A stretch of 60,000 nt of DNA from contig NC_087251.1 in NCBI RefSeq assembly GCF_037042905.1, forward strand, positions 16,246,001 through 16,306,000, in the 5' to 3' direction. The notes beneath the pieces were generated by a model. It saw only the letters and a program-made list of their open reading frames with translations, did no database searches and was not told the origin of the DNA. Positions 23,207-38,200 of the stretch are shown one piece after another (position 1 is the first letter of the stretch; every line of letters starts with the position of its first letter). Position numbers and translations under genes: made by a program. Source of the stretch: Lytechinus pictus (taxonomy: Eukaryota).

Positions 23207-26200
23207 GTAGATTTAATTTTAACTAACTTGTAATGTTAGATTCATTTCAAATTATTGACGCTCCCATGATTCCCTGCAATGAGAATATAATTTGAAAAAT
23301 AAAAGAATAAAAAATTGTTTAGGATTCATTGGTTCCGAAACCCCTCTCCTTTCTTACGCTAATACCTCTATGGCTTTTGGGCTCTTAACCATTAACAGTT
23401 TGTATGACTCTATGAGTATACTATTTTTAATATTATATTTTTGTTTATTCAAACTGTATTTGTAAATCATGACATGGGACATGGCCATAGGGGTCAGGCC
23501 TCCAGCTCTTCATGGGTTATGCTTCTCGCGCTCTTCTTTGCCCCATTTCAATTTTCATTTACCGGTACATTTTTCTATATTTCTTACTGATTATGATTTT
23601 GTAAATTACCTAATTGTTATTTCTAATCTCTTGAGCGTAGGAAGAATGCAAGCGAGCAACCCTGCAAGCGAGAGCTTATTAATTTTGAGTATTAACATGA
23701 AAAATGGATTAAAAATTGTAAATAACCCTTGAAATCTTGTAATTATCTCTGGGTCTGAAAGCTTATTAAATTAGTAGGAGTGGATCATAACATAAACAAC
23801 TAATAGAATTGGTGGATCATAACAACAATAATAAAAAGCATGGATGCAAGTTTGTGATTGTTTTAGAAAAGACTTCCAAGTTCCATTGGATCCGATTTCT
23901 TGAAATCTTAAAAAAAGCAAACATAAAATTTTTCTGAATTTGAATTTGCCTTCTCTGATAACATTTGCAGTATGAATAGAGAATTTTTATTTATTTATTT
24001 TTTACCCTATCTGACAAGCTGTTCTGGGACCTTTCCCTTAGTTATGTCAAAAGTCAAATTCAGTAAAATGTGTCTAGAATCAGTTTTGTGAAATGCCTCA
24101 TTAAATTTGTCATCCAGAAACATCCACACAACTTCACCTTTACAAACTTCTAATTTAAGTACTATCATCTGATTGAAAACTCCATCACTGACATGATGCT
24201 ACAGGGCATCGAATTTTTAGGTACCCGTCCTGACTCAGTCCGTACTAGCAGAGAGAAGTTCTGGATGCGACGACTTCGCACCACCCAACCTCATGGCCTG
24301 AACAAGAGGGGAACGACTGATTAGTCTTTTCTATCCACTTTCTATATATATATTTTTTTTTTCCCCTCAGCTCTTTTAGATTAGTTATATTATAGTTTCT
24401 TCCTCTACATTCCTCCCATATCTCTTACAGGCTCAGCTCCAATTTTTGCTTTCCACATTCAGGCGATGTAATATACATATATATATTTTTTTAACATATT
24501 TTTTCTCTACTCACCTCTTTTTGACTTACTATATATTTATTTTGTTTAGTTACATGTATGCTGTAGTTTCTTCATATACATTCCCACTCTCTCATACAAC
24601 CTCGGCTTCTATATTTACTTTACCCTTTTAGGCAATATGCTTCTCCCTTTTCATATATACATGTCTTGTTTCTACTATATAGCATTATGGGTTTTTTCCC
24701 CTCACCCCTAGCGGATTTACAATACTAGTTACACTATATATTTATATCTATGTGTATTTTTTTTTTAAATTTATACTTATACATGTCTTTTGCACATTAT
24801 CAGTTGTTCCCCTTTCTTTCCCTTTTTCCCCCACTCTTATCCCCTTTCTTTCCCTTTTTCCCCCACTCTATTATGCCTTTCTTTGTAACCTGTTTGACCC
24901 ACCTCTCACTAATTCTCTTGTTATTCATCATTTCCTCACACCCCCTATCACTGTTTTGTTCCAGATCCTGTTTGATGTTGCCTGCCCAATTGTCTTAATC
25001 CCTCACAGCTTAAGGTCTTTTACTGGCCTTACACTGACTTCCCTTTGTGTCTGCCTACTCCTTTGCTTTCATCCCCTTCTCTAACCTGATTGGTCATCAC
25101 AACTCTCTAATGCCCTTTTTATCTCCTTGTTTCTAGTGTTGCTGTTGCATGTCTATGGTCTATATTATGTTTGTTCCACTTTATATGTTTGTCATTTTGC
25201 CTCCGACGAAGATTCTGCTAGGATCGAAAGCTTAGGCCCCTTTTGACTCTCTAATTTACTCCATTGGCTCTCTTTTATTAGATAAGCAGTTTTCAGCAGC
25301 TTTTTTTCTGCCATTGAAAACTTTCAAATGTTAGCTTGAACCCTTCTTTTGAATATTTGCCCAAGTTAAATTCAAGCAATTTTATGACCAGATTATTCAA
25401 AACATGTATACATCTATATATATTATGATCCAATTCTTTTTTTTTTTTCTCCCTCCAAAAAGGTGAATTACTCGGATCATTGAGCAAATGGCTCGGGTGT
25501 GAAGTTTATCTGCAGTGTCAGGGTGCAATACTCGATGGAGTGAAGTCCAACCTTGAAAGAGCCCCTCTCAGTGATTCCTCTCATGAAGAACTAGTCCAAG
25601 TTGGTCATCTGGTGGAGAAGCTTGGTGGAGGGGCAAGTCCAGATCATGTAAGAGACAGTGACTTGAATAAAACTACCACTACAATATACCATTAGTAAGA
25701 ACAGGGCCCTGTGTCTCTCCAACTCAAATTTGACTTTATGTAGGAGATAAATTACACATGAATTTCTCAGATACTCCACAAAAACGTTATGTAATCATGT
25801 TCTTTGTGCTTTAAAGTGTATGAAAAATATTTCATAGAATACAAGAGTAGAATATAGAATTTTTACAATGGCCATCATCATTTTCAAATTAAAATTCTTG
25901 CCCAAGGGTGACAGCGTGTCTATTCATTCTCCACTCTGGTTTTTTGTCTCACCTGCAAAGCAGAGCGAGACTGTACGTGTAGGTGCCGCTTTTCCTATGG
26001 CGGCGGCGGCATCAACATCAAATTTTAACCAGAGGTTAAGTTATTGAAATGTCATCATAACTTAGAAAGAATATGAGCCTAGTTCATGAAACTTGGACAT
26101 AATGGTTATCAAGTATTACTGAATATCCTGCCTGAATTTCAGGTCACATGACCAAGGTCAAAGGTCATTTAGGGTCAATGAACTTTGGCTATGTCGGGGG

Positions 26201-29200
26201 TATTTGTTGAATTTCCATCATAACTTTGAAAGTTTATGGATCTGGTTCATGATACTTAGACATACTGTAAGAGTAATAAAGTATCACTGAACATCCTTTG
26301 TGAGTTTCAGGTCACATGACCATGGTCAAAGGTTATTTTGGGTTAATGAACTTGGATTATGTTGGGGGAATCAAAACGAAATCTTTACTAAGCCTTGGGT
26401 TAAGTTTTGTCTCACCTGCATAGCAGAGTGAGACCATAGGGGCCGCTTTTCCGACGGCGGCGGCGTCAACACCAAATCTGAACCGAAGGTTAAGTTTTTG
26501 AAATGACAGCATAACTTAGAAAGTATATGGACCTAGTTTATGAAACTTTAGAGTCAATGAACTTTGGCCAAGTTGGGGGTATTTGTTGAATTACCATCAT
26601 AACTTTGACAGTTTATTGGTCTAGTTCATAAAACTTAGACATAAGAGTAATCAAGTATCACTGAACATCCTGTGTGAATTTCAGGTCACATGACCAAGGT
26701 CAAAGGTCAATGAACTTTGGCCATGTTGGGGGTATCTATTGAATTACCATAATAAATTTGAAAGTGTATGGATCTGATTCATGAAACTTGGACATAAGAG
26801 TAATCAAGTATCACTGAACATCCTGTGCGAGTTTCAGGTCACATGACCAAAGTCAAAGGTCATTTAAGGTCATTGAACTTTGGCCATTTTGGAGGTAATT
26901 ATTAGATTGCTGTCAGAACTTTCAAAGTTTATAGATAGTTTATAAAATGTGGATATAGGGGTAATCAAGTATCACTGTCATTCACTGACGAGTCTTAGGT
27001 CGCATGATCAATGTCAAATGTCATTTATTGTCAATGAACATAGTATTGTATCATTATGTGAATGGTGTTTTTTGTGAATAATTATTTTACAGTAGTTTTC
27101 AAAGTCAGCACTGCTGCTACATGTATATTGAATCGCGTGATGCAGGTGAGACTGCCAGAGGTGCTCCACTTGTTTTTAAATATATCTCTGAAAGTACATG
27201 TATATATTGTGGACATAACTAAAATCACATAAGGGTAATCAAGTATCACTGATCATCTTGCACAAGTCTTCGGTCACACGACCAAGGTCAAATGTCATTA
27301 GAGTCAATGAACATTGTATAGCATATGAATGGTGTGTTTTGTGAATGATTATTCTATAGTCGTTTTCAAAGTCAGCACTAATTGAATCGCGTAATACAGG
27401 TGAGACTGCCATAGGCGCTCCACTTGTTATGAAGAAGAAAAGGCATTTCATCTTTTAGTCCTGTGCATTAGCTGTCTGAAATAAAGAATATTTCTCTATT
27501 TAGACCCAGATTTTGTGAATAAATAATGCCTGTCTCTATTGCAGACAAAATATTGTGGTTGTTGCTTGTCTTGTTTGGATTTGAATTACACAGATGCACG
27601 TACATATCTGCAGACAAGGGTCATACCATACTGGAAAAAATGTAATATTGAACTTTCAACATTTGCCATGTCATTTTTTAAGATTATGGGTATTAGATGA
27701 TATGACCTATATTCAAAGGGTAATCCAACCCAGATGGTTTTAGATTAAAAAAAGATATAAAAATCAGACAAGCAGAAAGGTTAAAGATTGAACAGTTCAT
27801 CACACTTTACATGTATATGGGTCAAGTCACCATGAGACTGTAGCTCTCAGTTCGATTTAATCTGATTTTGTTTTTAACCCTAGTCTCACAGCAGTAATGC
27901 AGATAAGATATTTCATGACACTGCAGGATGGAAGAATCTGGAAACTTGGATGAGGTATGCTAAAAATCTCATGTTAATGTTCATGTTTAATCTCTGTTTC
28001 TGTCCTGATTCTCTCTTTATCAATAGTTTTTTCTTTTGATTTTTTTATTATTTTCATTTTAAAAATGAAAGTAGAAATGACTTATTTTTTGTTTAAATTT
28101 AGAACAAAAGAAAGTTATGCAACAATTTTCATAACTATTCTTTTTAGAAACAAAATTTATTATAAATGCATGGCAGATCGTTCGCAAGATAATAAGTTCG
28201 TGGGTCGGCGAACTTTTTTTTATATGTTAAATTTAATTTGGCATTTATTGCCGAACCCCAAACCGAACCAAAGTTCGGATAAAAATTGCCGAACCGAACC
28301 GAACCCGAACATGCCGCCTGACTTGCAGCACTATTTTCAGGTCAACGTTAAAGTTTGCATGCAAGACTCTCTTATGACACCCAACTCTGCAACCGTAAGT
28401 CAATTTTCAACCAAACTTGGATGGTAGATGGATTTGGGGTACCTGCATGTTATGCTGCAGTCGGAGGTCACATGGTAAGGTCAAAGGTCATTTTCAGGTA
28501 AATGTTAAAGGAGAACGAAACCCTTGAAACTAGCTGAATCCATATCAAAGAGAAAAATAAAAGAAACATATTGTTGAAAGTTTGAGGAAGATTGAATGAA
28601 TAATAAGAAAGTTATGAGCATTTGAATATTGAGATCACTAGTGCCATGTAGATCCTCCCATCGGCAATGCGACCAAGATCTGTGATATCACACACGTACA
28701 ACTCCCTCATTACTTTAGTACTTATTTCACTTATATTCTCACTTTTATAGAGTCTATCACAATGTTAGGTGTTTTCTTTATGAGATGACAAGTACAGAGG
28801 TTTCACAACATTATATCATTGATGAATCGTTTGTCATATGATTAGAATGAGCAAAAAGAGATGTTTTGGGGTATATTTTCAGTGTCCGAATGGGAGAGTT
28901 GTACGTGTGTGACATCACAGATCTTGGTCGCATTGCCAATGGGAGGATCTCCATAGCATTAGTGATCTCGACATTCAAATGCTCATAACTCTTTTATTGC
29001 TAGTCCTATTTTACTCAAAGTTTTGTTGATCTTATTCTTTGATTTTTCTGCTTTCACAAAAGCTAACTTGCTCCAAGAGTTTCATTCTCCTTTAAAGTTT
29101 ACATGCAAGACTCTCTTATGACACCTAACTCCGCAACCGTAAATAACTTTTCAACCAAACTTGGATGGTAGATGGACTTGGGGGACCTGCATGTTATGCT

Positions 29201-32200
29201 GCAGTCAGAGGTCACATGGTAAGGTCAAAGGTCATTTTCAGGTCAATGTTAAAGTTTACATGCAAGACTCTTATGACACCTAACTCTGCAACCGTAAGTC
29301 ACTTTTCAACCAAACTTGGATGGTAGATGGATTTGGGGTACCTGCATGTTATGCTGTAGTCGGAGGTCACATGGAAAGGTCAAAGGCAATTTTCAGGTCA
29401 ACGTTAAAGTTTACATGCAAGACTCTCTTATGACACCTAAATCCGCAACCGTAAGTCACTTTTCAACCAAACTTGGATGGTAGATGGACTTGGGGGACCT
29501 GCATGTTATGCTGCAGTCAGAGGTCACATGGTAAGGTCAAAGGTCATTTTCAGGTCAACGTTGAAATTTACATGCAAGACTCTTTCTTTGCAACCATAAG
29601 TCACTTTTCAACCACACTTGGATGGTAGATGGGCTTGGGGGACCTGCATGCTAGGGTCATTGTCGCCATGATAATTGTATTTATTTGTCAAATTTCTGTG
29701 TGAGCTCTATATATCGCAATGACGGATGACGCGGTGAGTTCGGGGGATATATGTGCTCGGCTGCGCGACCCGCCGAGCATCTCTAGTTATCATTAATGTA
29801 GGTCAAATGTGACATTTATTTGGAACATTTCAGAATTTCCTTAAAATTATTCAGAAGTCACAAATAGAAATCTCAGTTGATCTCTCACAGGCATTGTTTT
29901 ATTCAAGGCAATCAATTTCACTCTCAATTCATTCATTTCAATATAAATATCTGTTATGTCAATAAAACTGGACTTGCCTTTTCCACCTTTTTTTTGGATT
30001 TTGTATCTTTAGATGTATGATAGGTTTGTCTATGTAGTATGTGATCTACTTATCCAGAGAGGGGATCCTATTATTTTTTAATTTTCAGATGTTTGCAGTC
30101 TGTGATAGAAGGATGTGGTTCAAACTTTCTCCCTTTCATTGATCAGGAACTACTCGACCTCATCTTTCAATCTCTTACCCACACCAATCGTTTTGTAAGA
30201 GAAACAGGATACTATGTCTGTGCCACTCTCGTCAGCTGCGGTACTTCTCAAGGTGAGCTATGCCAATGGTTGAGTACAGATTTGCTGACATCATTCTGTA
30301 TAGGTTGTTGGTTCTTTAGTTTCTTTATTTATAATTATAAGCGAAAAGTGACAAGTGTTATACATTTCTTTTATACCTTTTTTTATGATGCCGTTTATTT
30401 TGGGGCTCTAGCATGAGTCAAAACGGTCCCCATTAGCGTTATCTTTATTTTTTATTTATTTTCAATTATTATCTTTTTTTTAGATGGGGGTTGTTTAATA
30501 TCAACACACACCAAGCTTTATGCTAAGAATGATTTTTTGAGCTGTATGTAACCCCATTTGGGTTTATAGGCACCAGTCCAATATCAGTTGGTCTTCTGCT
30601 ATGTCAAAGAATCAATATGATTGAAAATTTGATGAAGCACCCTATGACCTGTCCCATTTGTTCATAAGTCATACAAACAGCTTTATGATACACCCCTTTG
30701 TAGATGAAGAGATGGAGCTTAGTGAAGGAAATGCCATTAATACCATCCTAGTCCATGGTGACCAGCTGGCTTATCACTTTGCCACAGGATTGGCTGACAA
30801 TTGGAGTCAGGTGAGTCTCAGGAGGTCTGCACTAAAGATTGATTTTTATTTTCATGGCTTTATGCGTATGACTGCCAATGAATCATTGATAGACTGTTGA
30901 AATGTTTCAAAAGGATAAGTTGCAAATATTATTTGCAACTGATAGATCGATGTAACATTGACAAAGAAGAAGATCACCAATCAATTGTGATTTTTTAATT
31001 GTTTGCAAGACTGTTTATTTTTTTCTGGAGACTGACAAGTTTGCAATTGCAACTTTCATGCAGTATACCCTGTAATAGTAGCAGTTGAATATCTGCTTGT
31101 AGTGATGTTTCAGAAGTTTGTTTTTGTCTATATTCATGTCCAAGATATTGGTTTTTCCATATCATCATTTTAGAATAGAAATTGAAGATATATATACATG
31201 TACATGTTTAAATGCCTATTTGTAAATTTTTTATTTGTAATAATTATAAGTCAAAAGAATGTGGTTCCTATAGATCCCGTGTTACATGTAGGTCAGAGTG
31301 AGAAAGAAAGAGGTAGAAAGATAAGGGGAGAGGGGAGATTGGGGATGGCAAAGGAAAATGAAAGGGTTAAAAAATGAGCAAGATAAAGCAAGAAAAAGAC
31401 AAAAACACAATTCATTTCTCTGCAAAAATGTATTATTAATGAAATTCAATATCATCATCTTAGGTTCGTTTGGCAGCTTCTACTGCAACAAGACAGTTCC
31501 TGGTCAATCTACCGAATGCTGCGGCCCATCAGAGGTTTTTTCCTGCATTACTTCCTAGAATGTGTCTCAACAGGTATTTAATACTTTCAAATAATCTATT
31601 AAAAACAGTTGGTATGAGCACATTAATTGAACTCTTTACACTGCTTGGTTTTCATTGTATGTAGCATTATGTCCTTTTTCAAGAGAAAATGATAAAATTT
31701 GATGCACTGACTGTGATGGAGAGGTGAAATATTCTCTGCTCTCTTCTGTTCAAGATGAGAAAATGAAAATTGCATGAGAGTGAAACATTTTTATTTCAAT
31801 CATAATGTGTCCATGCAAAAAAAAAAATCCCCCAATGTACACAAGATCCACCCATCCGTTTCTATTTCAATCTACATTCCTAAACATGATTAGGACCAGG
31901 TGACATATACAGATACAATTAAACATTACAAATCATTGATTGTAATTTCTATAAATGGGTTGCCACCAACACATACAGTATTTATGCTTAATTGTACAAT
32001 TGATTGCAACTTTTATGTGACATAGCCCAGGCTAAGTAAACCTTGTCCCTACTCTGTTCTCTAGAACATCTCAAATACATATAAGTTTGTGCATATACAT
32101 TTTTATGAATATTGTTGTTGTATCTATGTTCAGGTACTATGTAGCAGAGGGTGTGAGAATCTATTCCCAGGAGACTTGGCATTTGGTTACTGGCTTGCAT

Positions 32201-35200
32201 GGCAAAGAGCTGGTAGAGCAGCATATTGGTGATGTTGTAAGTTTGCTTTCTTTTTTAATTTTCTATAAAAATAAACCATTATTTACGTGATGAATCTGAT
32301 TTGTTTTTCATCTTTTGTGGGAGTGAAAACATTTACAGCGTTCTTCATATCAGTAAGAATTATCCTAAATACATTTTCTAGTCATGTCTATGTGAAGAAA
32401 ACAACAGATATGAACTTTATTTTGGGCTATTGTTAATTCTGAACTTATTCATTTATATATTTTGTTCTATTATGAAAAATGATAATGAAAGAGTATATGG
32501 TATATTGTGATGGTTTCGACCTGTGAGGAAGCAAATGTACTTAGGAGGAGGGGGGGGGGAGGGGAGAGTTGACTTTGCTTATTTATTAGAGAAGGAGCAG
32601 TAAACTTACATGACATACTTCTTTTGTTTATTCACTTGTGTTGTTAGGTTGAGTATTATATTGAAGCAAGCGATGCAGACAACCATGCTGTAAGAGAAGC
32701 CGCATGTGCATGTATTGCAGAGCTTGGTGCAAAGGTAAATATTTGCCTCTTAGAATCCAATCTTCATTTAGTTCGTAAATGTATATATGTTTGTAGTTTA
32801 GGACTTGTATTTTAAAAATAAGTGTGTTGGCATAAAAATGAACAGAAGCTTGTGATTGATCTTATGAAATTCTGTAATAAGAGTGGGGTTATTTTATTAT
32901 CAATTTCATTATTACTTTTGAAGTTTTGACGAGCTACTATGTGTATTTTCTTCAATTCAATTGATTTAGCAAATTCGTAAAAAAAAAAATTACATAGAAT
33001 TACGTAAACATGCAATAACACTTCAAAATATCTTTAACTATTTTCAGTCTCTATAACTATATTTCCCATATTCCAATATGCAGAGAGCATTGTCTTCTGT
33101 AACCCATTGAGCCCTTATGCTAGATATTTTTTGGACAAGGTCTGTATAAAATGTAGATTGTACTGAAATTATATTGTGTCCAATCATGGAGGTTTCACTT
33201 TAACTGGAGTCACAGCAGTCCGTAGCTCCTTTGATCCCAGGGGTTCTGATGTGATGACAGCTTTCTGAAGGATTGTATGCGCATGCACCTTTTTAACTTT
33301 CGCTGTGTGTGACGTCATCATTACTTTGATGTCGATGATAAGTTTTTAAAAAATCTGACTTTAGACTAGGAATTAATGTTTTTATCTGAACTTTATGAAC
33401 TCTAGCTGCAACCAGATTAGTGGTGAGTGTAATTTAACATATTTTCTGAAAAAGGACAGATAATTATTTCATATACCTTGGTGAAGGCTACAGTCTCAAA
33501 TGTTCAAGTTTGTGTATTGTGCTGCTGCAAGCTGGCCATGGTGTTCAGCTTATAACAGCTGGATCCACGTTCTTGAGTTCCGCTGCTGAATGCTTCTTGA
33601 ATCAAACCAATGCTAGACATATTTTTTTTATATCTATGTAGACTCTAAAGAACATATGGAGTATGTTTGAGTTATAGAAAACAATGTTTGAAACTAGCTT
33701 ACAGCTTCTTTCAGTTTCCATGGCTTACTGGAAGAAAGCTTCCCAGCTGAGCTTGCATTCTCTTGAAGTTATTTCTGTGCCTATGTAGGGCCTTTTTTTA
33801 ATTTTCTTTATCCTTTAGAAACCAGTTTATTCAGATCAAAGTTCAAATGATGACATCTCCTAATAGATGATATATTTGTTTCATTTCTCTGAAGAGATAA
33901 TATATTTGTTTCATTTATATGAAACAAAATATATGAACAAATATATATATATACACAACAAAAAAAGTAAGTCCCCCTTAAACAAACATCAATAATTTCC
34001 GAACCAATGCGAGTTTTTAATATATTTTTACATTAGTGTGTAGGTAATTTTATAAGCTACCCTCTGAGTGAATGTTATGGATGTGTTTTACGTCATGCTT
34101 CAGTGAGCACCGTCAGAAGGCAAATATATCACTTTTCAAAAGTCACAAGCCAAATATCATGACTTTGATTCCATTTTATTGGAACTAATTCCACATTCTC
34201 ATCATGAAAAATAGTCAGAAGGCTTGTAAAAGGTACTTTCTAAAAGATTATACAACTTTTTTGGTAAATTTCACGGTTGAATAAACACAAGTCCAAATTT
34301 GCTATAATTGGATTTTACACATCTCTATCAATAAAAATGATAGAATATGATAACTTTTATTTTTGGGAAGAGTATCTTCAACAATATTCATCGTTTCACG
34401 GTACAATGAACATTTATTGAAAACCAAAAATACGATTTTCAAATATCATAGGCAAGTATTGTTTCATTTTGGTAACTGAAAATGATATTTTCTCAACTTT
34501 TCTGTTATGTTCATGACCAATTAACATGCTTCAATGATTCAAAGGCGTTTAATTAAACATTCACGCTTGGATGAACATGTGGAATGTGATTAGCTCTTTT
34601 TTACGTTATTGGAAAAAATGCAATTTGTAACTATGGATATCTGTCACAAACCTCCTTGCATAGTTCATTTGATTTGATTTTTATGAAAATCCTGATGTTT
34701 AATGAATCAGTGAGCACATAATATTCGAAAATTATGCAAATGAGAAGAAAGTTCAAGCCTTGTCCCCACTCTGTGCCGTTTCGAATGGTTATTTTGGTGT
34801 GCGCGTCTTTTGGATAGTGTTACTCTGACGCCATGTGCGAAGTTTCATGAAATAACTGTTGGTAGAAGTAACAAAAACCGTCCATGAAACAAACCCTTCA
34901 TTTCATATTTGTAAAAATTTAGACTTCCTCTCTCATAGACTTGTGTACATTATGGGTGCATATGTTTAAGAATAAGTAACCTCTTATTCAATATGGTGGA
35001 ACTTTTTTTCAAGGCTGTCTTTAGCAATGTCCTTTGTAATGTTTATCAACCTATTGGCAGAATTCTGTGCAAAAATGAAATCGATTTGTTTATATATGGA
35101 CGAGTAAGCACGCATCAAAATGGGAAAATTTGTATTTTCAACGTCACAGACTCATTTTAAAGGGTAATAAAGTGAATATTGGGGGCAAATTCGGTTTCAA

Positions 35201-38200
35201 ATGTGACTTTAATTGCTGTTGTTTTTATCATCCACCATTTCTATCACCACACACTTTCCGAACTTTATACATTTTCATGGTTGAGCGAGCACATTCGAAA
35301 ACTTAGGAATGAATACTCTTTATACTGCATAAATGTATTCTTTTCCTAAAAATTTTTCATGATCAGTTTAATTTACGGACATATCAGTGGTGGATCCAGA
35401 ATTTTAAAATGGGGGAGGGGCCTATAATTGGGGGAGCGACAAACATTTTCAAACTTTAACAAGTTGTGGAGGATACTACCATAAACCCCTATGGTGATAC
35501 GTCACAATACAAGGGCCGCGGAACGGTTTTCAAAGTGGGGGGGGGGGCTGACCATGCAAAAAATCACAATCGTATGGTCATTTTTGTACATGCTTTTGGA
35601 AAAAAGTGGGGGGGGGGGCTGAAGCCCCCCCCTCTTCCGCGGCCCCCGCAATACATTGTGCTCTCTCAACCATGAACATACGATATCAAAATTGTGTGTG
35701 GAGTGGCTAAATGATGGATAGTAAAACAGCATAACACCATAAAATTCACCTAAAAACAACTTTTGCCCAACTTTGTATTTGCACAATCTGAAAAAACGAC
35801 TCTTGTGACTTTCAAAAATTGTCATTTTTTATTCAATCTTTAATTACTCATGCATGACTCAACCGTTCAATCTTATTTTCCCCCAGGAGTTGCTTAATGA
35901 GTGTAGAAAACCACCTACGAAATATCATATCTCAAAATAATTCCGTTCAAAAGTTACAGCAATTTGATTTAGGGGGACTTACTTTTTTTGTTGTGTATAT
36001 ATGACTTCTGATGCATCAACCATAATGCCGAGTGGGAAGTTTGGTTTTGAGTGTGAAAGGAGAGTATGAGCGGGAGTTGCTTTCAAAGAGTGCATTGAGG
36101 GCTGTGTTATCGAGATAGATTGCTTTGATTTTCTGCTTGCATGCTGAAAGATTGGTGAGTGGGTAGGTGAGGGTTACACAATCAGGAATGAAATGGAGAC
36201 AGAATTTTACATAGTCCAAGAAACTCTCTGAGATTGCAAAGAGAATCAGCAACATGGAAATTTTTGATGACCTTGACCTCCTCCCAGAGAGGGCAAATGC
36301 AGTTTTCATCAATGATTTGTACAAGGGAGGATTGCACCGAATTTACTTTTTGCTGAGTTGATGATGATGCCATGTTTTAAGAGACAAGCAAAGAGTTACT
36401 AGAGGTGTGCTCCTCAGTGATGCCTCATTCAAGTATGTGTGGTGGGATTCTGCTTGTGGTTGCTAAGAGGATCAAATGGGTAGGCATTTTTGTCATGGGT
36501 GATGTGATTGGTTATGGAGTGTTTGATCCCGGCCTCCTTATTAAAAAGGCATGGAATGTTGGGGAAATTAGCGTCAAATCCACGCTGACGATGCCTTTTC
36601 TTGAGGGTATAGCAAAGAGTAACTGGAAGTGTACTGTGCTGTTCCTCAACAATGCATACTAGCATGTGGTTGCATTCTTTAAGTTTGAAGAAATTTCAAA
36701 TTTACAAGGTGGTACACAATTATGAGGATTGGTGCCAAAACACTGATGATAATAGCAATAATCTCCAGCTAGTTGATGTGAAAGAGAATGGATATCACGT
36801 CTGTTATGACATTTGATGATTTATGGTGTCAACAAGTATTGAGAGTTGTATTATTTCCACTCTCAAATCTCTGATAATACCAAGAGAATTAATATTCATG
36901 AAGCTCTTACCAATGGCGTGGCAGAATGTTCATGACTTATTTAAAAGGGTTTTTAGCTCATCCGGCCCGAAGGGCCAAATGAGCTTATTCCGTGGCGTCT
37001 GTCGTCTGTCGTCCGTCCACAATTTCAAAATGCTACTTCTTCGCCATTTCAAGTCCGATTTCAATTCTGTTTGCTTTATATGATAGCACTAGGTGGGGGA
37101 TTCAAAACTTCTACTCAGAATTTTGAAATTCATTAAATATGCTAATTTATGCGCATTTTTCAAAATTCACAAAAAATGCTTCTTTATTTGTTGACCGATT
37201 TTGAATTTTTTGCTTCCATCTGGTAGAGCTTCATGAGGTTCACCAAACTTTTACACAGAATTTTGAAATTTTGACTAGAACAATTTTTATGCTAATTTAT
37301 GCTAAATTTATTCATATTTTTAAAAATTCACATAAAATGCTTTTTCTTCTTAAATTGTTGACCGATTTTGATTTTTTTTCTTCCATCTGGTAGAACTTCA
37401 TGAGGTTCACCATACTTCTACACAGAATTTTGGAATTTTCAGTAGAAAATTATGCTAATTTATGCAAAATTTATTCAGAAATCACAGAAAATGCCTCTTC
37501 TTTATTTCTTGACAGATTTTGATTTATTTTCTTCCATCTGGTAGAGCTGCATGAGGTTCACCCAACTTGTACACAACATTTTGAAATTTTGTCTGGAAAA
37601 TTATTTATGCTAATTTATGCAAAATTTATTTAAAAAAAAATGTTTTTTCTTCATTTGTTGATCAATTTCAAATTTGTTTGCTTTATATGATAGCTCGAAG
37701 TGGTGATACAAAATTTCAACACAGAATTTTGAAATTCATGAAATATGCTAATTTATTCATATATTTTCAAAACTCACCAAAAATTACTTATTTATTTGTT
37801 GATTGATTTTGATTATTTTTGTTCCATCTGAGAGCTACATGAGGTTCACCAAGGTTCTACACAGAGTTAAGAAATTTTGACTAGAAAGTTATTTATGCTT
37901 AATTTATATGAAATTTATTCATAGATCACAAAAAATGCTTTTATGTCATTTCTTCATCAATTTCAATTCTATATCCTCAATTTATGTCACCAATATAATT
38001 AATTAAAATTGTGTTAAATTTCGTTGCGAGATGCCGGATGAGCTCCACGTCATTGATGTGCTAGTTTTATCTTTGAATGATCCTGATGGGCAGATCTTAA
38101 AGGACATTTGTTTTGCATTAAATGCACTCATAGCTACGGTCTTGTAACATATACACTGTAAAAAGTGAAGTGCTAATTTAAACTAGAAAATCAGCACTCG

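Noticed and set aside
28333..29650. CRISPR-like array
   Set aside because: Eukaryotic context; units are full-length tandem copies without unique spacers.
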